From: an uncultured virus (IMG/VR IMGVR_UViG_3300023179_000081)
Lineage: Duplodnaviria; Heunggongvirae; Uroviricota; Caudoviricetes
Reading direction: 5' to 3' (one strand)
Virus record (IMG/VR): IMGVR_UViG_3300023179_000081
DNA: 64,000 nucleotides
Shown one piece after another: positions 10,192 through 21,078 of this stretch (position 1 is its first letter; each line of letters opens with the position of its first letter). A program made the position numbers and the translations under genes. The notes beneath the pieces were generated by a model. The model had not been told where the DNA came from, ran no database searches, and worked only from the letters and a program-made list of their open reading frames with translations.

Positions 10192-11673
10192 TTACTCAAA
10201 GAAAGATCCGCCCTGCATTTGAGTTTCAAGCCCAGCTAACACAGATGAAGGTTTATCAAACATACCCTTCTGCGTAGCTTGATTGAATTTTTCATTCAAT
10301 TGATCTGGATGAGCCTTAAATTCATTATATATTTCTCTTGCAGTCGCTTGATCACCCGGTGACAAATCACTCATCTTGATCTTGCCAACTAAAGCATTAA
10401 CTTTTTCATCTGATATTTCAGCTGGATTTTCCTTTGGCCCGCCATCTTGAGCTTTCTTTGGTCCATGCTGCACGAACATACAGCCAACGCTTATAATAAG
10501 CCAAATTGGAGCAGCATATGGCAACCCAACAAGGCTTGCAAATCCAGCTAATGCAGACAGGATATTACATCCAGTTTTGGCGTCCAAACCATAGGTTTGA
10601 AAGTCCTGTATAACGCCTACCGTTTCGAAGAGCACTGCAATTGGGCCAAGAAATTTTGCAAATTTTCCAAGTACTTCGGCGAGCTTAGGAAATTTTTCTG
10701 CAAGCTCAAAAAGAATTTTCTTTACAATCCCGGCGTTTTTCGTAGGGGCAGTTTGTAAAAATTTTTCTGAAGCCTCAAAGCCAAGACCACCTGGGCTAAT
10801 GTGTTTTTGGAAAAGTTTTGCACGAGTTTTTTGCCCCGCCGTGTTCTGAAGAAATTCAAGAACCTCTTCAACAGTTTTGCCACGAAATTGGTTTTTTTGA
10901 GCAGGTGTAAATCCATCAAAGCTTTCGACAGCTGGATGCGTCCAATTAGTGCCAGTTAGTTGCGGAATCTTATTGACAAGTGGTATTTTCTTGAGCAGTT
11001 TACTTCCGGAAGCTAGGTCCGACTTCAGAGAAGCAGCGGCTTGGTTTATAAATTTTTGTAGTTCCTGAGGTTTTCCAAGCGCCGTTTTGGCGGTGTCTAG
11101 GAACTTTTGTCTAATTAAGACTGGTGATTTTCCAAGCGTGACAAATTCCTTTTGTGACTTATTTAATATCTCGATTGCTTCATCCCAATGACCATTCTTG
11201 ATTAACTTTTCAAATACTTTAAGTTTTTGATTGTACACTTGCGGAATCGCTTGTATCCCAGCTGGTCCTTTGCGTAATTTGTATGCGTCTGGAGCATAAT
11301 CAATATACATATCGATTGGCCACCATGGATTATGCGCGGCGCTATCTATTTTGTTTGTGGTTTCATTTGTGGGTCTATAATATCCTTGCTCTGTGACATT
11401 TCCAGTGTCTCTTGTACGATAAGCTGGAGCACTATTTTGCTGTTGTTGGTAGCTAGGAACTGAAAATCCTGAGCCCGCGCCGGAAGGGTATGGAATGGCC
11501 TGGGCTCTCTGCGCAGTTCTTGTTGAATTATCTCCAACTCGTGCAATCTTACACAATCTTATCACAGCTGAGTCTATTTCACTCGCAAGATTTGGATTGA
11601 TGTCTTCTATCTTATTGGCATATTTAAGAGCACCAAGAGTGCCTTGTTCCAATATTAATTTATATACATCCAC
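10192..11673 (-). CDS. hypothetical protein with C-terminal hydrophobic segments
   Basis: 493-aa ORF; N-terminal YANKIEDINPNLASEIDS motif; TM-like LSALAGFASLVGLPYAAPIWLIISVGCMFV. Confidence 0.7.
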   Translation of the reverse strand: MDVYKLILEQGTLGALKYANKIEDINPNLASEIDSAVIRLCKIARVGDNSTRTAQRAQAIPYPSGAGSGFSVPSYQQQQNSAPAYRTRDTGNVTEQGYYRPTNETTNKIDSAAHNPWWPIDMYIDYAPDAYKLRKGPAGIQAIPQVYNQKLKVFEKLIKNGHWDEAIEILNKSQKEFVTLGKSPVLIRQKFLDTAKTALGKPQELQKFINQAAASLKSDLASGSKLLKKIPLVNKIPQLTGTNWTHPAVESFDGFTPAQKNQFRGKTVEEVLEFLQNTAGQKTRAKLFQKHISPGGLGFEASEKFLQTAPTKNAGIVKKILFELAEKFPKLAEVLGKFAKFLGPIAVLFETVGVIQDFQTYGLDAKTGCNILSALAGFASLVGLPYAAPIWLIISVGCMFVQHGPKKAQDGGPKENPAEISDEKVNALVGKIKMSDLSPGDQATAREIYNEFKAHPDQLNEKFNQATQKGMFDKPSSVLAGLETQMQGGSFFE

Positions 11674-11720
11674 ATGATGTTTTTAAAGGGCATAGTTAAA
11701 ATTACCTATAAAAATATTAG

Positions 11721-12308
11721 GTGATTAAGTTAATTGTGCCCAAGGATCTTCCTAAAAATAAATTAGAATCTGTTGGCATAAGTAAGGCGACAAATGAAGG
11801 CCATTTAAAGCTGTGGCAAGGCTACGTAGAAAAAAATAACGCAATTGTGACTGATCTTGATGCCAAGAAAGATTTAAAGAACGTAAATGCAATATATTCT
11901 GACGTTAGAAATCAAAAATTAGCTCAATCATTCGCATATGGCGGGTACATAAACCACAAAGTATTTTTTAATCATTTAAATGGTGACGGAAAGCCAACCA
12001 AAGAATTCAACGCTTTAATTAAGGCTACATACGGAAACTTTTCCAATTGGCTTAACGACTTAAAAGCCACTGCACTAGCTTCCAGGGGCTGGGCGTTTAT
12101 AGCTTATTGCTACGAGCATGAACAAATTATTAATGTTCTTGGAGACACCCAGGACACATTTCCAATATGGGGCTGTGATTTAATTGGAGCAATCGATATG
12201 TATGAGCACGCTTATTTTTCAGACTTTGGAACAGATAAAGCATCATATATTGATGCGATTTTATCTATTATGGATTACAATCAAGTAGTCAAAAATATAA
12301 GAGGGTAG
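11721..12308 (+). CDS. Fe/Mn superoxide dismutase family protein
   Basis: HLKLWQGYV, NHKVFF, RGWA and DMYEHAY metal-ligand motifs. Confidence 0.88.
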   Translation: MIKLIVPKDLPKNKLESVGISKATNEGHLKLWQGYVEKNNAIVTDLDAKKDLKNVNAIYSDVRNQKLAQSFAYGGYINHKVFFNHLNGDGKPTKEFNALIKATYGNFSNWLNDLKATALASRGWAFIAYCYEHEQIINVLGDTQDTFPIWGCDLIGAIDMYEHAYFSDFGTDKASYIDAILSIMDYNQVVKNIRG

Positions 12309-12309
12309 T

Positions 12310-13260
12310 ATGGGTGCTATATTCAAGAAATTATCTCAGCAAAAATTTGAAAAACACAAACCCAATTACTCTGGTCAATTTCCGATTCAAACAGATAAAT
12401 TAGACGCTGATTATGTGAAGCATGTCCAACAAGAACATAAAAATCAATCGATATTATTTGAAACCCCGGACGATTACACCGAAGATACGGATGGTTATTT
12501 CGGAGGCGGCTCAGGGCATTACATAGTACATGGTGATGGTGGGCTTTCCAAACTATATCTCGGCCACAGAACTCACCTTGCAAGTATCACTGATGCGGCC
12601 ACCTTGCCAAATCCAACGGCGAACCCGGATAAGTTGACTGGCCATGAAGATGAACGTCGTCGGCGCTATTGGGATAATCATTATTCAGAAGGAGACGTGT
12701 ACAAACTAATACACCATCTTTTTGATGGCGGCATAAGATTGTTTTATTTAGGTAAAAGAGTTGTGATTACGGCTTATCAAATTCCATCTGATGAACAGCT
12801 GAATATGATTCAGAAATTCTGTGAGATTCAGGGAATAACTTCAATAGATATGGATCTTTATTTACAAAAATCCGAAAAAAACAGAGATATAACTCATTAT
12901 GATTATAGATTTGACAGCTTTGAAAGTTTTAAAAGCAAAATGCTTAAACTTAGATATTCACCTCGGAATTTAGATCAAGATGCAATAAGAAGAATACAAT
13001 TGTTACAATCTTTCAGGAACGATTCAGATTTTGAAAATCCAAAACCAGCTGATTTTGCGACAAAACCAAAACCCGCTAGTGAGCTAGGAAGAAAATTAAC
13101 TCGTGAAGAGATAAAGGATATTTTAAGTAAATATCCTCCGCTTAGAAACATGGAGAAATCGGCAAGAAATCGCGCGATTATTAGAATAGCTGAGCGCTTA
13201 GATGAAAACAATTGCTATCAACAATCTGATTGGGTGATGGAGATGGTGAATGAAGTATAA
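12310..13260 (+). CDS. hypothetical protein, tandem paralogue 1 of 3
   Basis: PNYSGQFP, LIHHLFDGGIR and the C-terminal motif are shared with the next two genes. Confidence 0.8.
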   Translation: MGAIFKKLSQQKFEKHKPNYSGQFPIQTDKLDADYVKHVQQEHKNQSILFETPDDYTEDTDGYFGGGSGHYIVHGDGGLSKLYLGHRTHLASITDAATLPNPTANPDKLTGHEDERRRRYWDNHYSEGDVYKLIHHLFDGGIRLFYLGKRVVITAYQIPSDEQLNMIQKFCEIQGITSIDMDLYLQKSEKNRDITHYDYRFDSFESFKSKMLKLRYSPRNLDQDAIRRIQLLQSFRNDSDFENPKPADFATKPKPASELGRKLTREEIKDILSKYPPLRNMEKSARNRAIIRIAERLDENNCYQQSDWVMEMVNEV

Positions 13261-14215
13261 GATTTCTGTGGAATTCAAGAAAATAGCTCAACAAGTCGTT
13301 GAAAAACACAATCCGAATTATTCTGGACAATTTCCGGTTAAATCAGATGCACTAGATGCGGATTATGTGAGAGATTTTAAAAACGCTCATCAAAAATTGT
13401 TAAAGAATGATTTTCAAAGTCCTGAAGATTTTGTTAGCAGAATTGGAAAATTTGGTTATGAAGGCGGGCATTACATAATTCGAGGCGATGGTAGTATGGG
13501 CGAGTTAGCTAAATCTCATGTCACACATATGAGTGATGCCACGACAAAAGCCGGTGATCGTACAGAAAAGATCAAACGTACATGGTTTAATAAAAAGCGC
13601 AAACCCACTCCAGAGGAACTTGAGCTTCCAACTAGATACACAAACAACTACAGAACTCATGAAACCTACGAACTCATTCACCATCTTTTTGAAGGCGGCA
13701 TAAGGCTATACGTAACTCCGTCAAAAATTGTAATCACTGCTTATCAAGTCCCATCTGATCGCCAGCTGGATATGATTGAGAAGATATCAGAAATTGATTT
13801 TATAGACAATATATACTCATACATAGTATTGCAGAAAAATAATGAAATTGTCAAGTATACAACAAATTCAAAAAACTTTGAAGATTTCAAAAATTTCATC
13901 ATGAAACTTAGAGATTCTAATCAAGCTGCATCTCAAGAAGCAATTAACAGAATTCAATTATTACAATCTTTCAGGGGTGATTCAGATCCAAACGCCACAG
14001 AAATAATGCGGTTGACAAAACCAAAACCCGCTAGTGAGCTAGGAAGAAAATTAACTCGTGAAGAAATTCAAGCTATTCTGGAGAAATATCCTCCGCTTAA
14101 AAACATGGAGAGATCTGCAAGAAATCGCGCGATTATTAGAATTGCTGAGCGCTTAGATGAAAACAATTGTTATCAACAATCTGATTGGGTGATGGAGATG
14201 GTCGATGAAGTATAA
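13250..14215 (+). CDS. hypothetical protein, tandem paralogue 2 of 3
   Basis: Same motifs; 11-nt overlap with the previous gene. Confidence 0.8.
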   Translation: MKYKISVEFKKIAQQVVEKHNPNYSGQFPVKSDALDADYVRDFKNAHQKLLKNDFQSPEDFVSRIGKFGYEGGHYIIRGDGSMGELAKSHVTHMSDATTKAGDRTEKIKRTWFNKKRKPTPEELELPTRYTNNYRTHETYELIHHLFEGGIRLYVTPSKIVITAYQVPSDRQLDMIEKISEIDFIDNIYSYIVLQKNNEIVKYTTNSKNFEDFKNFIMKLRDSNQAASQEAINRIQLLQSFRGDSDPNATEIMRLTKPKPASELGRKLTREEIQAILEKYPPLKNMERSARNRAIIRIAERLDENNCYQQSDWVMEMVDEV

Positions 14216-15122
14216 GATAGAGATTAAGTTTGAAAAAACGGCGGCGAGTGCTAAAAAACACATACCTAATTACTCAGGCCAATTTCCGGTTTGGGATAGC
14301 GAAGTGGATGCAGACTACGCTCGTGATTTTATGCGCAGACATCGCGATACAGCCGCAGATTATTTCAGTAAACCAGATGAATTTACGACAAGCTATAAAC
14401 GTTACAACTCTTACATACTTCATGGAAATGGCGGCTTATCTTTACTTAATTCAGGGCATGTCGATCACATTGATAATGTCACTCAAGACATAGCTTTGAA
14501 ATATGAATCTGATAGAAGAAGGACTAGATATCGCAATAATGCCGAGAATTACCATGAAGCTTACGAATTAATTCACCATCTTTTTGACGGCGGAATTAGA
14601 GTGTACTTGGAAGGAGATGATCTCTATCTCACTTCATATCAAATTCCAACTGATGAGCAGTTAGCAATGATTCAAGAAATATGTGATCATAATGACGTCA
14701 CATCAATCGAAATTTCAATGTTTTTATATAAAAACAACCGGACAGTCGAATATTTCGAAGATTGTTATAGCTTCGAAGAATTTAAAAACTTTGTATTAAG
14801 CCTTAGATACAAGCATGAAACCGCAGACCAAGATTCTTTGAGAAGAGTTCAATTGCTACAATCATTCAGGGGTGATTCAGAATTGCCCCAAAATAGAACT
14901 TTGAATACGTTAGGTGAAAAACCAAAACCTGCTAGTGAGTTAGGGGCGAAATTAACCAAAGAAGAGATTCAAAGTGTTCTTGAGAAATATCCTCCGCTTA
15001 GAAACATGGAGCGATCTGCAAGAAATCGCGCGATTATCAGAATTGCTGATTATTTTGATTCTAACAATTGTTATCAACAATCTGATTGGGTGATGGAGAT
15101 GCTAAGCGGCCATCTTGCATAA
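14205..15122 (+). CDS. hypothetical protein, tandem paralogue 3 of 3
   Basis: Same motifs; 11-nt overlap with the previous gene. Confidence 0.8.
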   Translation: MKYKIEIKFEKTAASAKKHIPNYSGQFPVWDSEVDADYARDFMRRHRDTAADYFSKPDEFTTSYKRYNSYILHGNGGLSLLNSGHVDHIDNVTQDIALKYESDRRRTRYRNNAENYHEAYELIHHLFDGGIRVYLEGDDLYLTSYQIPTDEQLAMIQEICDHNDVTSIEISMFLYKNNRTVEYFEDCYSFEEFKNFVLSLRYKHETADQDSLRRVQLLQSFRGDSELPQNRTLNTLGEKPKPASELGAKLTKEEIQSVLEKYPPLRNMERSARNRAIIRIADYFDSNNCYQQSDWVMEMLSGHLA

Positions 15123-15141
15123 TAACAAGATGGCCGCTTTT
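15104..15141. terminator. intrinsic (probably bidirectional) terminator
   Basis: AAGCGGCCATCTTG / CAAGATGGCCGCTT stem plus TTTT, between convergent genes. Confidence 0.7.
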
Positions 15142-15144
15142 GTG

Positions 15145-15705
15145 TTAGCTAACTTTAATTGTTAACTTTTCTTTCGGTTTTTCTTCTGGCTCAGTGTAAT
15201 TTACTTTAATGGTAAGAAGACCGTTTTTGACAGTGGCTGTAAATGAGCTAAAATCAATCTGCCGAGAATTATCGCGCGGCAAATGAAACTGCCTTGCTTG
15301 TTCGCTGAGAATTCGCTCACGAATCTTAAAGCTCGGCTTTGATTCTTTCTTCTCGTATTGCTTTTTAACTTTTACATCAACCACATATTTTTCAGTGTCT
15401 ACTGTCACCTCTATATCTTCAGATGAACTTCCAGCTACATCTACGTTCAATGTGATCGTGTTATTTTCAATGAAATAATCAGTAGCGAGTGACAACGACA
15501 TTGCCCATGGTCTTATTGGCTCTTTCCATAGAGCGTCTATTTGTGGCCCGCGAATATTGTCATTTAACGGGAATAATGATCGGCTCAAATCTAGAAGGTC
15601 ATTTAGATTCGATAAATCTAAATTTGAACGATACAATCCATCGTATACATTTGGTCGATATAATCCGTCGAATACATTAAGTTGATTTAATCTGTTTTCT
15701 TTCAT
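15145..15705 (-). CDS. small heat-shock protein (Hsp20/alpha-crystallin)
   Basis: VDVAG..SEDIEV, RER...RQFHLP and A..KNGLLTI motifs. Confidence 0.85.
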   Translation of the reverse strand: MKENRLNQLNVFDGLYRPNVYDGLYRSNLDLSNLNDLLDLSRSLFPLNDNIRGPQIDALWKEPIRPWAMSLSLATDYFIENNTITLNVDVAGSSSEDIEVTVDTEKYVVDVKVKKQYEKKESKPSFKIRERILSEQARQFHLPRDNSRQIDFSSFTATVKNGLLTIKVNYTEPEEKPKEKLTIKVS

Positions 15706-15816
15706 TTTTCTCCATCGTGGTTCTTCTCAACCACGGTTATTATTATATACGATTTTCTGGCCCGCAATGTTTCCATTTCTCCAGGAATTTTCATAAATAA
15801 TTTCAAATTATTTATT

Positions 15817-17322
15817 GTGTGGTATAGATTTGCACAATCAAAAAGAGATGAATATTTGAAGAATATTGGGATTGACGATTCTATTATTGCATTCATTAAT
15901 TCTAACCCCGACAAAGCTAACGCAATTGTGTCTATTGTGCGAAAAAATCCATCGGTCACTATCGATGAAATTCTGGAAATAACCGCGCCAAAACAAAAAC
16001 AAATCCACAAAACCCAATTGGAGGCAGATCAGTGGAGGGATAAGTTGGAGCGTCGATTTCCTATTTTTGATGAAAAATTTAAAAACTGGTATATTATTCA
16101 GGCCCTGAAAAAATTCAAGGCTAATCCAGAATATCGCGAAAATTTGAAGCAAATATTCGAAACTGGCTCTAATGTGAGAGAGCTTTATGATTTTCAAAAA
16201 AGTCAACTACAGGATAATCCTAGATTTGATCTAAATTCTTATAGTTTAGATCAAATCGAAAAAATGTCGCACGATTGGCACGAAGCAATAGCTTCAGAGG
16301 GATCTGGAAAATTTTATCTTCCATCAAAACCAGAAAACACTATTTACACATTTGAAAATGGCTGGAGATTAGTGAACGTAACTAATGAAAACGACCTCGA
16401 TGTTGAAGGCAATCTAATGAATCATTGTGTAGGGTCATATGCTGACGAAGTGGCTGATGAAAAAATTAAAATCTTGTCTTTAAGAGACTTGTCGAATAGG
16501 CCGCATGTCACCATAGAAATCTCTCCAGATATGAAGCAAGTCAAACAGATACAGGGCGCAAATAACCACAACCCTAAGCCAGAGTACAAAGAACTATTGA
16601 AAGAATATTTTTCAAACACAGAAACAGCATTTGAAGAAGATCAAACAATTTCTGAAAAAGTAGATGATCTTTATTGGGGAAACCCGCGCGAGTATGACGA
16701 AGAGCTTGAGAAAATCCTTAAGGAAGAAGGTCAAGAAAGAGATGATTATGGTTTTCTTAAAAGATCAGCGGATGATGACGTTGATTTTACTGGTATTATA
16801 TCTTCGGTTGAGGATACTGTTGCTGGATCAAATTCTAGAAGATATTTTTATCACTACAGATATGATCTCGCTAATACACTAGTAGATTACGCCTATAGAA
16901 AAGACATCGAATTTTTGGAAAAGTTAAATTCATCTAATACTAAAATACCAGATTCCCCATGGGGTAATTTAAGCAAGCTAAGAGAGATTGAAAAATACGC
17001 AGAAAATACGTTAAGTGAGTTTTATGACTCGTACGATTATAATTTTGATTATTGTAGTCAACCATACCCGCAAGAAGAAGATTTTGAATCAACTGAAGAA
17101 TATAATGATGCTATTGAAAAATACCAAGAAGCGTGCCAGGAAGAAGAAAATAGTGCATTTAATGATGCCGTTAGTGAAAATCCAAAAGCAGATTTTGCGC
17201 TTAAAATATCCGAAATTGTTGATCTTCACAAAAAAGATAAAGATTTTATAAAATTACAGAACGAGGTTTTTTCAAAAGCAGCCGTGCAGGGAAATTACCA
17301 TTTTAGTAATTATTATAGTTAG
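15817..17322 (+). CDS. PcfJ-like domain protein with MWYRFAQ N-terminus
   Basis: DLDVEGNLMNHCVGSY...SLRD..NRPHVTIEI...QIQGANN is the PcfJ-like motif. Confidence 0.75.
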   Translation: MWYRFAQSKRDEYLKNIGIDDSIIAFINSNPDKANAIVSIVRKNPSVTIDEILEITAPKQKQIHKTQLEADQWRDKLERRFPIFDEKFKNWYIIQALKKFKANPEYRENLKQIFETGSNVRELYDFQKSQLQDNPRFDLNSYSLDQIEKMSHDWHEAIASEGSGKFYLPSKPENTIYTFENGWRLVNVTNENDLDVEGNLMNHCVGSYADEVADEKIKILSLRDLSNRPHVTIEISPDMKQVKQIQGANNHNPKPEYKELLKEYFSNTETAFEEDQTISEKVDDLYWGNPREYDEELEKILKEEGQERDDYGFLKRSADDDVDFTGIISSVEDTVAGSNSRRYFYHYRYDLANTLVDYAYRKDIEFLEKLNSSNTKIPDSPWGNLSKLREIEKYAENTLSEFYDSYDYNFDYCSQPYPQEEDFESTEEYNDAIEKYQEACQEEENSAFNDAVSENPKADFALKISEIVDLHKKDKDFIKLQNEVFSKAAVQGNYHFSNYYS

Positions 17323-17331
17323 TGGTGTAAT

Positions 17332-19146
17332 ATGTGGTATAGATTTCTAACGGCTGGAAGAAAAGAGATTGAAGGCAAGTTTGGTAAACAAACTTATGAA
17401 ATTGTAAAATCCATTGATTCCAATTTACAGCCCAGCGCCGCTATTTTTGTTAACCACATCCTTAACAATCCAAACAACGGGTCAACAATTGAACAAGTGA
17501 TAGACACTTTCAAAACTGCTTCCGAATTAGTTCAGAAGAAATACATTAATGTTATAGCGAAGGGTGACGAAGTACATGTTATAAAAAATCAAAATGATGT
17601 TTTTAAGCCAGATGAATTTTTACCTTTCACTGAAAAAATAGACTTTTATAAAAGCTTACTGACTCCAGCCAATACCGCGCAGCAAAAAAACACGGAAGAT
17701 GATCTTCAAATTGCAGATGGTCAAATAACCGTCAAGAAAGCTAACAATGTTAGTGACGCGATTCGCTACGGCCAAGGCACAACATGGTGCATATCACAAC
17801 CTAGAAACACCATGTATCAGTCATACCGCACGATGTATGCTTCCACTTTTTATTTTGTTTTTGATACTACTCGACCAGAAGGTGACCCTCTAAGGAGGGT
17901 TGTAGTTGATGCTCGCGGCGGCGGAGTTGTGCTTACTGATCTCGACAATAATACTGGAACAATTTCTCATTTTAAAAATGAATCAGAATATCTTGAATAT
18001 TTAAAAAATAATGGAGTTGATGTAAGTCAGTTTAAAAACGAGCCACTAACTGAAAAAGAGAGAAAAGAATACAACTTTATCTCAGATAGAGTTTATCAAT
18101 TAGACAGCTTTATCAGCCTTCATTCCAGAGCAAGGAAAGCGGGAATCGAAGATATATATTCAAAATACATAGGTTTTGGGCATATGTTATCAAGTGACCA
18201 TTTGAAATACCTAAAAAACATTGGCGCTAAAAATTTAATTGATCAATATGTTGGAACCGGAAACCCAATTCACAAAGATGATATCGAAATATTAAGTAAT
18301 CAACAAAAAAATTCTTACTTTAGGGCAAGAAATATTTTTTACGAAAATTTAAAAAATGAACAATACACAAATTACAATGGTGCTTTTGATCCTGACTCCA
18401 TGACAAATAATGTGCATAACGACCAATTCATCGATGGATTATTTTTTGAAAATCTTCTCAAGGAAGGCGCTTATCCTACAAATATTTTCCGAAAACTAAT
18501 TGAAGTCAATTATCAAAATGACGGCAAGCTCAATGATATGGTTGAAAAAATGATGAATTTGGAATACAATAAAACAGATCTTAATAGAGTGACTAATTTG
18601 CTGTGTTTCACCAGCAGAGATGATAAACTTTTAGATAAGTTTTTAGATTTACATCCTGAACAGATTAATTATTTAAAGAATGAACTAGAAACACACAGCT
18701 ATAATTTCTCCGGGTCAGAGATGAGTTTTATGAATGGATATTTGTTTAAAAAGTTTAAAGACCCGAGTTTATTTGTGGAGCTTGCTGCAAGATTGATGAT
18801 TAATAACGATTATGAATATGATGGCCTTATTCAAGAGATGTTAGAAGCTGGTTATGCAGACAAGATTATGGATGAGATGCTTGGAAAAAACTATCCGCTT
18901 CAGCCTCAAATTGATTTCCTTTTAGCTAACGGCGCTTCTTTAGAAAAGGCGGGAGAATTGGCTATTTCTAAGTATTATGTTAATATAGCAAACGGCCTTC
19001 ATATTATGCGATTACTTAGAAGCAAGGGTATTGACCCATTGGCGGAAAAGCCGCCTGAGGCCAAAGAACAAGATTTTCAAGAGCCAGTAATGGATGACAC
19101 TAAACAAACACAATCGTTTAATCTGAAAGCATTTTTAAAAATCTAA
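17332..19146 (+). CDS. large hypothetical protein, GTTWCIS domain, MWYRF N-terminus
   Basis: 604-aa ORF; WCI..Y..YR...STFY motif shared with the 19143 and 21079 genes. Confidence 0.75.
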   Translation: MWYRFLTAGRKEIEGKFGKQTYEIVKSIDSNLQPSAAIFVNHILNNPNNGSTIEQVIDTFKTASELVQKKYINVIAKGDEVHVIKNQNDVFKPDEFLPFTEKIDFYKSLLTPANTAQQKNTEDDLQIADGQITVKKANNVSDAIRYGQGTTWCISQPRNTMYQSYRTMYASTFYFVFDTTRPEGDPLRRVVVDARGGGVVLTDLDNNTGTISHFKNESEYLEYLKNNGVDVSQFKNEPLTEKERKEYNFISDRVYQLDSFISLHSRARKAGIEDIYSKYIGFGHMLSSDHLKYLKNIGAKNLIDQYVGTGNPIHKDDIEILSNQQKNSYFRARNIFYENLKNEQYTNYNGAFDPDSMTNNVHNDQFIDGLFFENLLKEGAYPTNIFRKLIEVNYQNDGKLNDMVEKMMNLEYNKTDLNRVTNLLCFTSRDDKLLDKFLDLHPEQINYLKNELETHSYNFSGSEMSFMNGYLFKKFKDPSLFVELAARLMINNDYEYDGLIQEMLEAGYADKIMDEMLGKNYPLQPQIDFLLANGASLEKAGELAISKYYVNIANGLHIMRLLRSKGIDPLAEKPPEAKEQDFQEPVMDDTKQTQSFNLKAFLKI

Positions 19147-21038
19147 TCTCTGTCGTAACGCTCGGCTCTTTCTTGCGCTCTATTATCTATTTGCTCTTGT
19201 ATTTTTCTATCTTCTATCTCTTTTCTCAAAGCACCGTTTTGATCAGCACCTATACCTATAAGTTCAAGAAAATCATCCGCGCTTTCTTTGGGCAGATTTT
19301 GAATAACATCTTCAAGATTAAATTTTGGATGATTTTGCATTTTAGCCGCAAACTGAAATTTATCCAAGTCAGGTAACAGGCGCATAGTCGCGCCAAAATC
19401 AAATTTTGGATGGTTTTTCATAGACCTTGCGTATTCTTCTCGAAGACGCCATGGCACGTGTTTCATTGCATTGTAGAAATTGAAACTTGGGTGATCTTTC
19501 ATTGATTTAATAAATTCATCCACTTTATTTGGCTCTATAACATTCAAAAAACTTGTGAAATCAAATTTTGGGTGATCCTTAAATGATTTAATAAAATCAT
19601 TTTTATCGGCACCATCAGTAACTTTATAAGCTATTATCGGCGAAAATGTCGGATGATCCTTCATATTCTCAATAAACTCTTTAACATCATTCGGAGGTAT
19701 GTAGCCTGCGTAGTCTATGAAGCTAAACCTAGGATTATCTTTCATGTCGATTGCAAATTGCATTCTTTCATTTGGCGGCATATAGGTCATTGCGTCCCAG
19801 TAGTTATACGCTGGATGATTTCTCATTTCCCAGCAAAAGTCACGCCTTTTGCTTTGATCCATGTTTTTAAGCAAGTACTGAAAATTTATTACAGGATTTT
19901 CTTTGAGTTTTTCAACATTTTTACTAGCATATTCACCAATATATTTCATCATTTCATCATCGCCGTTCATATATTCGTCAACATTTCGACCTTCTTTCAG
20001 CAATGCTTCAATCACAATCTTTTTCTTTCGCGTGTATGACTCTAGCTGTTCTTTATTAAGTAGAGCTTTTACATTCGGATGCAATCCCCAATCATTATTT
20101 ACCAAATCGTTAATAACGCCTGTCTTTCCAGTGTCGATTAACCATTTAAGCTGCGATTTTGTAACTGGCCATCTCTGAACATAATGGTTTAGAACATCGG
20201 GTAATATTTTTCCGTTCACTTCAATATTTTCTAGTTTCTTAAAATCTTCCAAAGCTTGTTGGCTAGTAACATATTCAATCTGCTCACTTATCGCTTCATG
20301 CTCAACTCTTTCCTCTTCAGACAATGGTTTCACTGGGAAATCAGCGGGATTTAGTCCAAGCTCTTTAAGTAACTCCTCGCCATCTCCCATGTCATCATTT
20401 GAATTACTGAAATTCGTATAGAATAGCCCTTCATCAGTACTTCGTAGAGCAACCGCATGATGATCATCGTTAGTGGGTAGATTGTGATTAATGATGATAT
20501 AGAACGTGCTGTTATTTATCATCCTATAATTCATATATAGGTTCCCGGATTTCCACGTAATACACCATGGTGTACCTGGAAATTTCAATCTTTTACCTAC
20601 TTCAATAGCTTCTTCTTCAGAATCAATCGGAATAATTTCTATTCCATCACCGCCAGAGAGAACAGTTGGCTCATTCTTGCCGTCAGGATCGTTTTTCCGC
20701 ATCTCTTTCGATTCTTTGGCGTGAATAGCCGATAGAAAATCTAATGAATTATTTAGAATTAAATCGTTAACTCTGAGTGAACCATTGTCTAGTCTCGAAA
20801 CTTGCAATTTGCTTCCATACATTTTTGACAACCGTCGCACTAGGTCAGTCATCTGAGTTTTGTTAAGATCTGAGCATTTTGCCAATATGTACTTATAGCT
20901 TGTCAACTGCTTTGGTGGGATATCCAATCTCTTCAGTACATCATTCAGATATCTATTGAATTCTTCAGGATTTGCAAATTTCTTATTTGACATTTCAAAT
21001 AATTCTTGTTTTAGGTTACTTGCAAATCTGTACCACAC
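19143..21038 (-). CDS. large protein with GTPWCIT domain and ~23-aa MKDHPxF repeats (paralogue A)
   Basis: 631-aa ORF; N-terminal half nearly identical to the 21079 gene. Confidence 0.8.
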   Translation of the reverse strand: MWYRFASNLKQELFEMSNKKFANPEEFNRYLNDVLKRLDIPPKQLTSYKYILAKCSDLNKTQMTDLVRRLSKMYGSKLQVSRLDNGSLRVNDLILNNSLDFLSAIHAKESKEMRKNDPDGKNEPTVLSGGDGIEIIPIDSEEEAIEVGKRLKFPGTPWCITWKSGNLYMNYRMINNSTFYIIINHNLPTNDDHHAVALRSTDEGLFYTNFSNSNDDMGDGEELLKELGLNPADFPVKPLSEEERVEHEAISEQIEYVTSQQALEDFKKLENIEVNGKILPDVLNHYVQRWPVTKSQLKWLIDTGKTGVINDLVNNDWGLHPNVKALLNKEQLESYTRKKKIVIEALLKEGRNVDEYMNGDDEMMKYIGEYASKNVEKLKENPVINFQYLLKNMDQSKRRDFCWEMRNHPAYNYWDAMTYMPPNERMQFAIDMKDNPRFSFIDYAGYIPPNDVKEFIENMKDHPTFSPIIAYKVTDGADKNDFIKSFKDHPKFDFTSFLNVIEPNKVDEFIKSMKDHPSFNFYNAMKHVPWRLREEYARSMKNHPKFDFGATMRLLPDLDKFQFAAKMQNHPKFNLEDVIQNLPKESADDFLELIGIGADQNGALRKEIEDRKIQEQIDNRAQERAERYDRD

Positions 21039-21078
21039 GGAAGTTATTTTCAGCTATCGATCTCTTTGCACCTGTCTT

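Noticed and set aside
13060..15102. Diversity-generating retroelement TR/VR pairs
   Set aside because: Differences among the repeated 3' ends are not restricted to adenines, all copies are coding, and there is no reverse transcriptase in the window.
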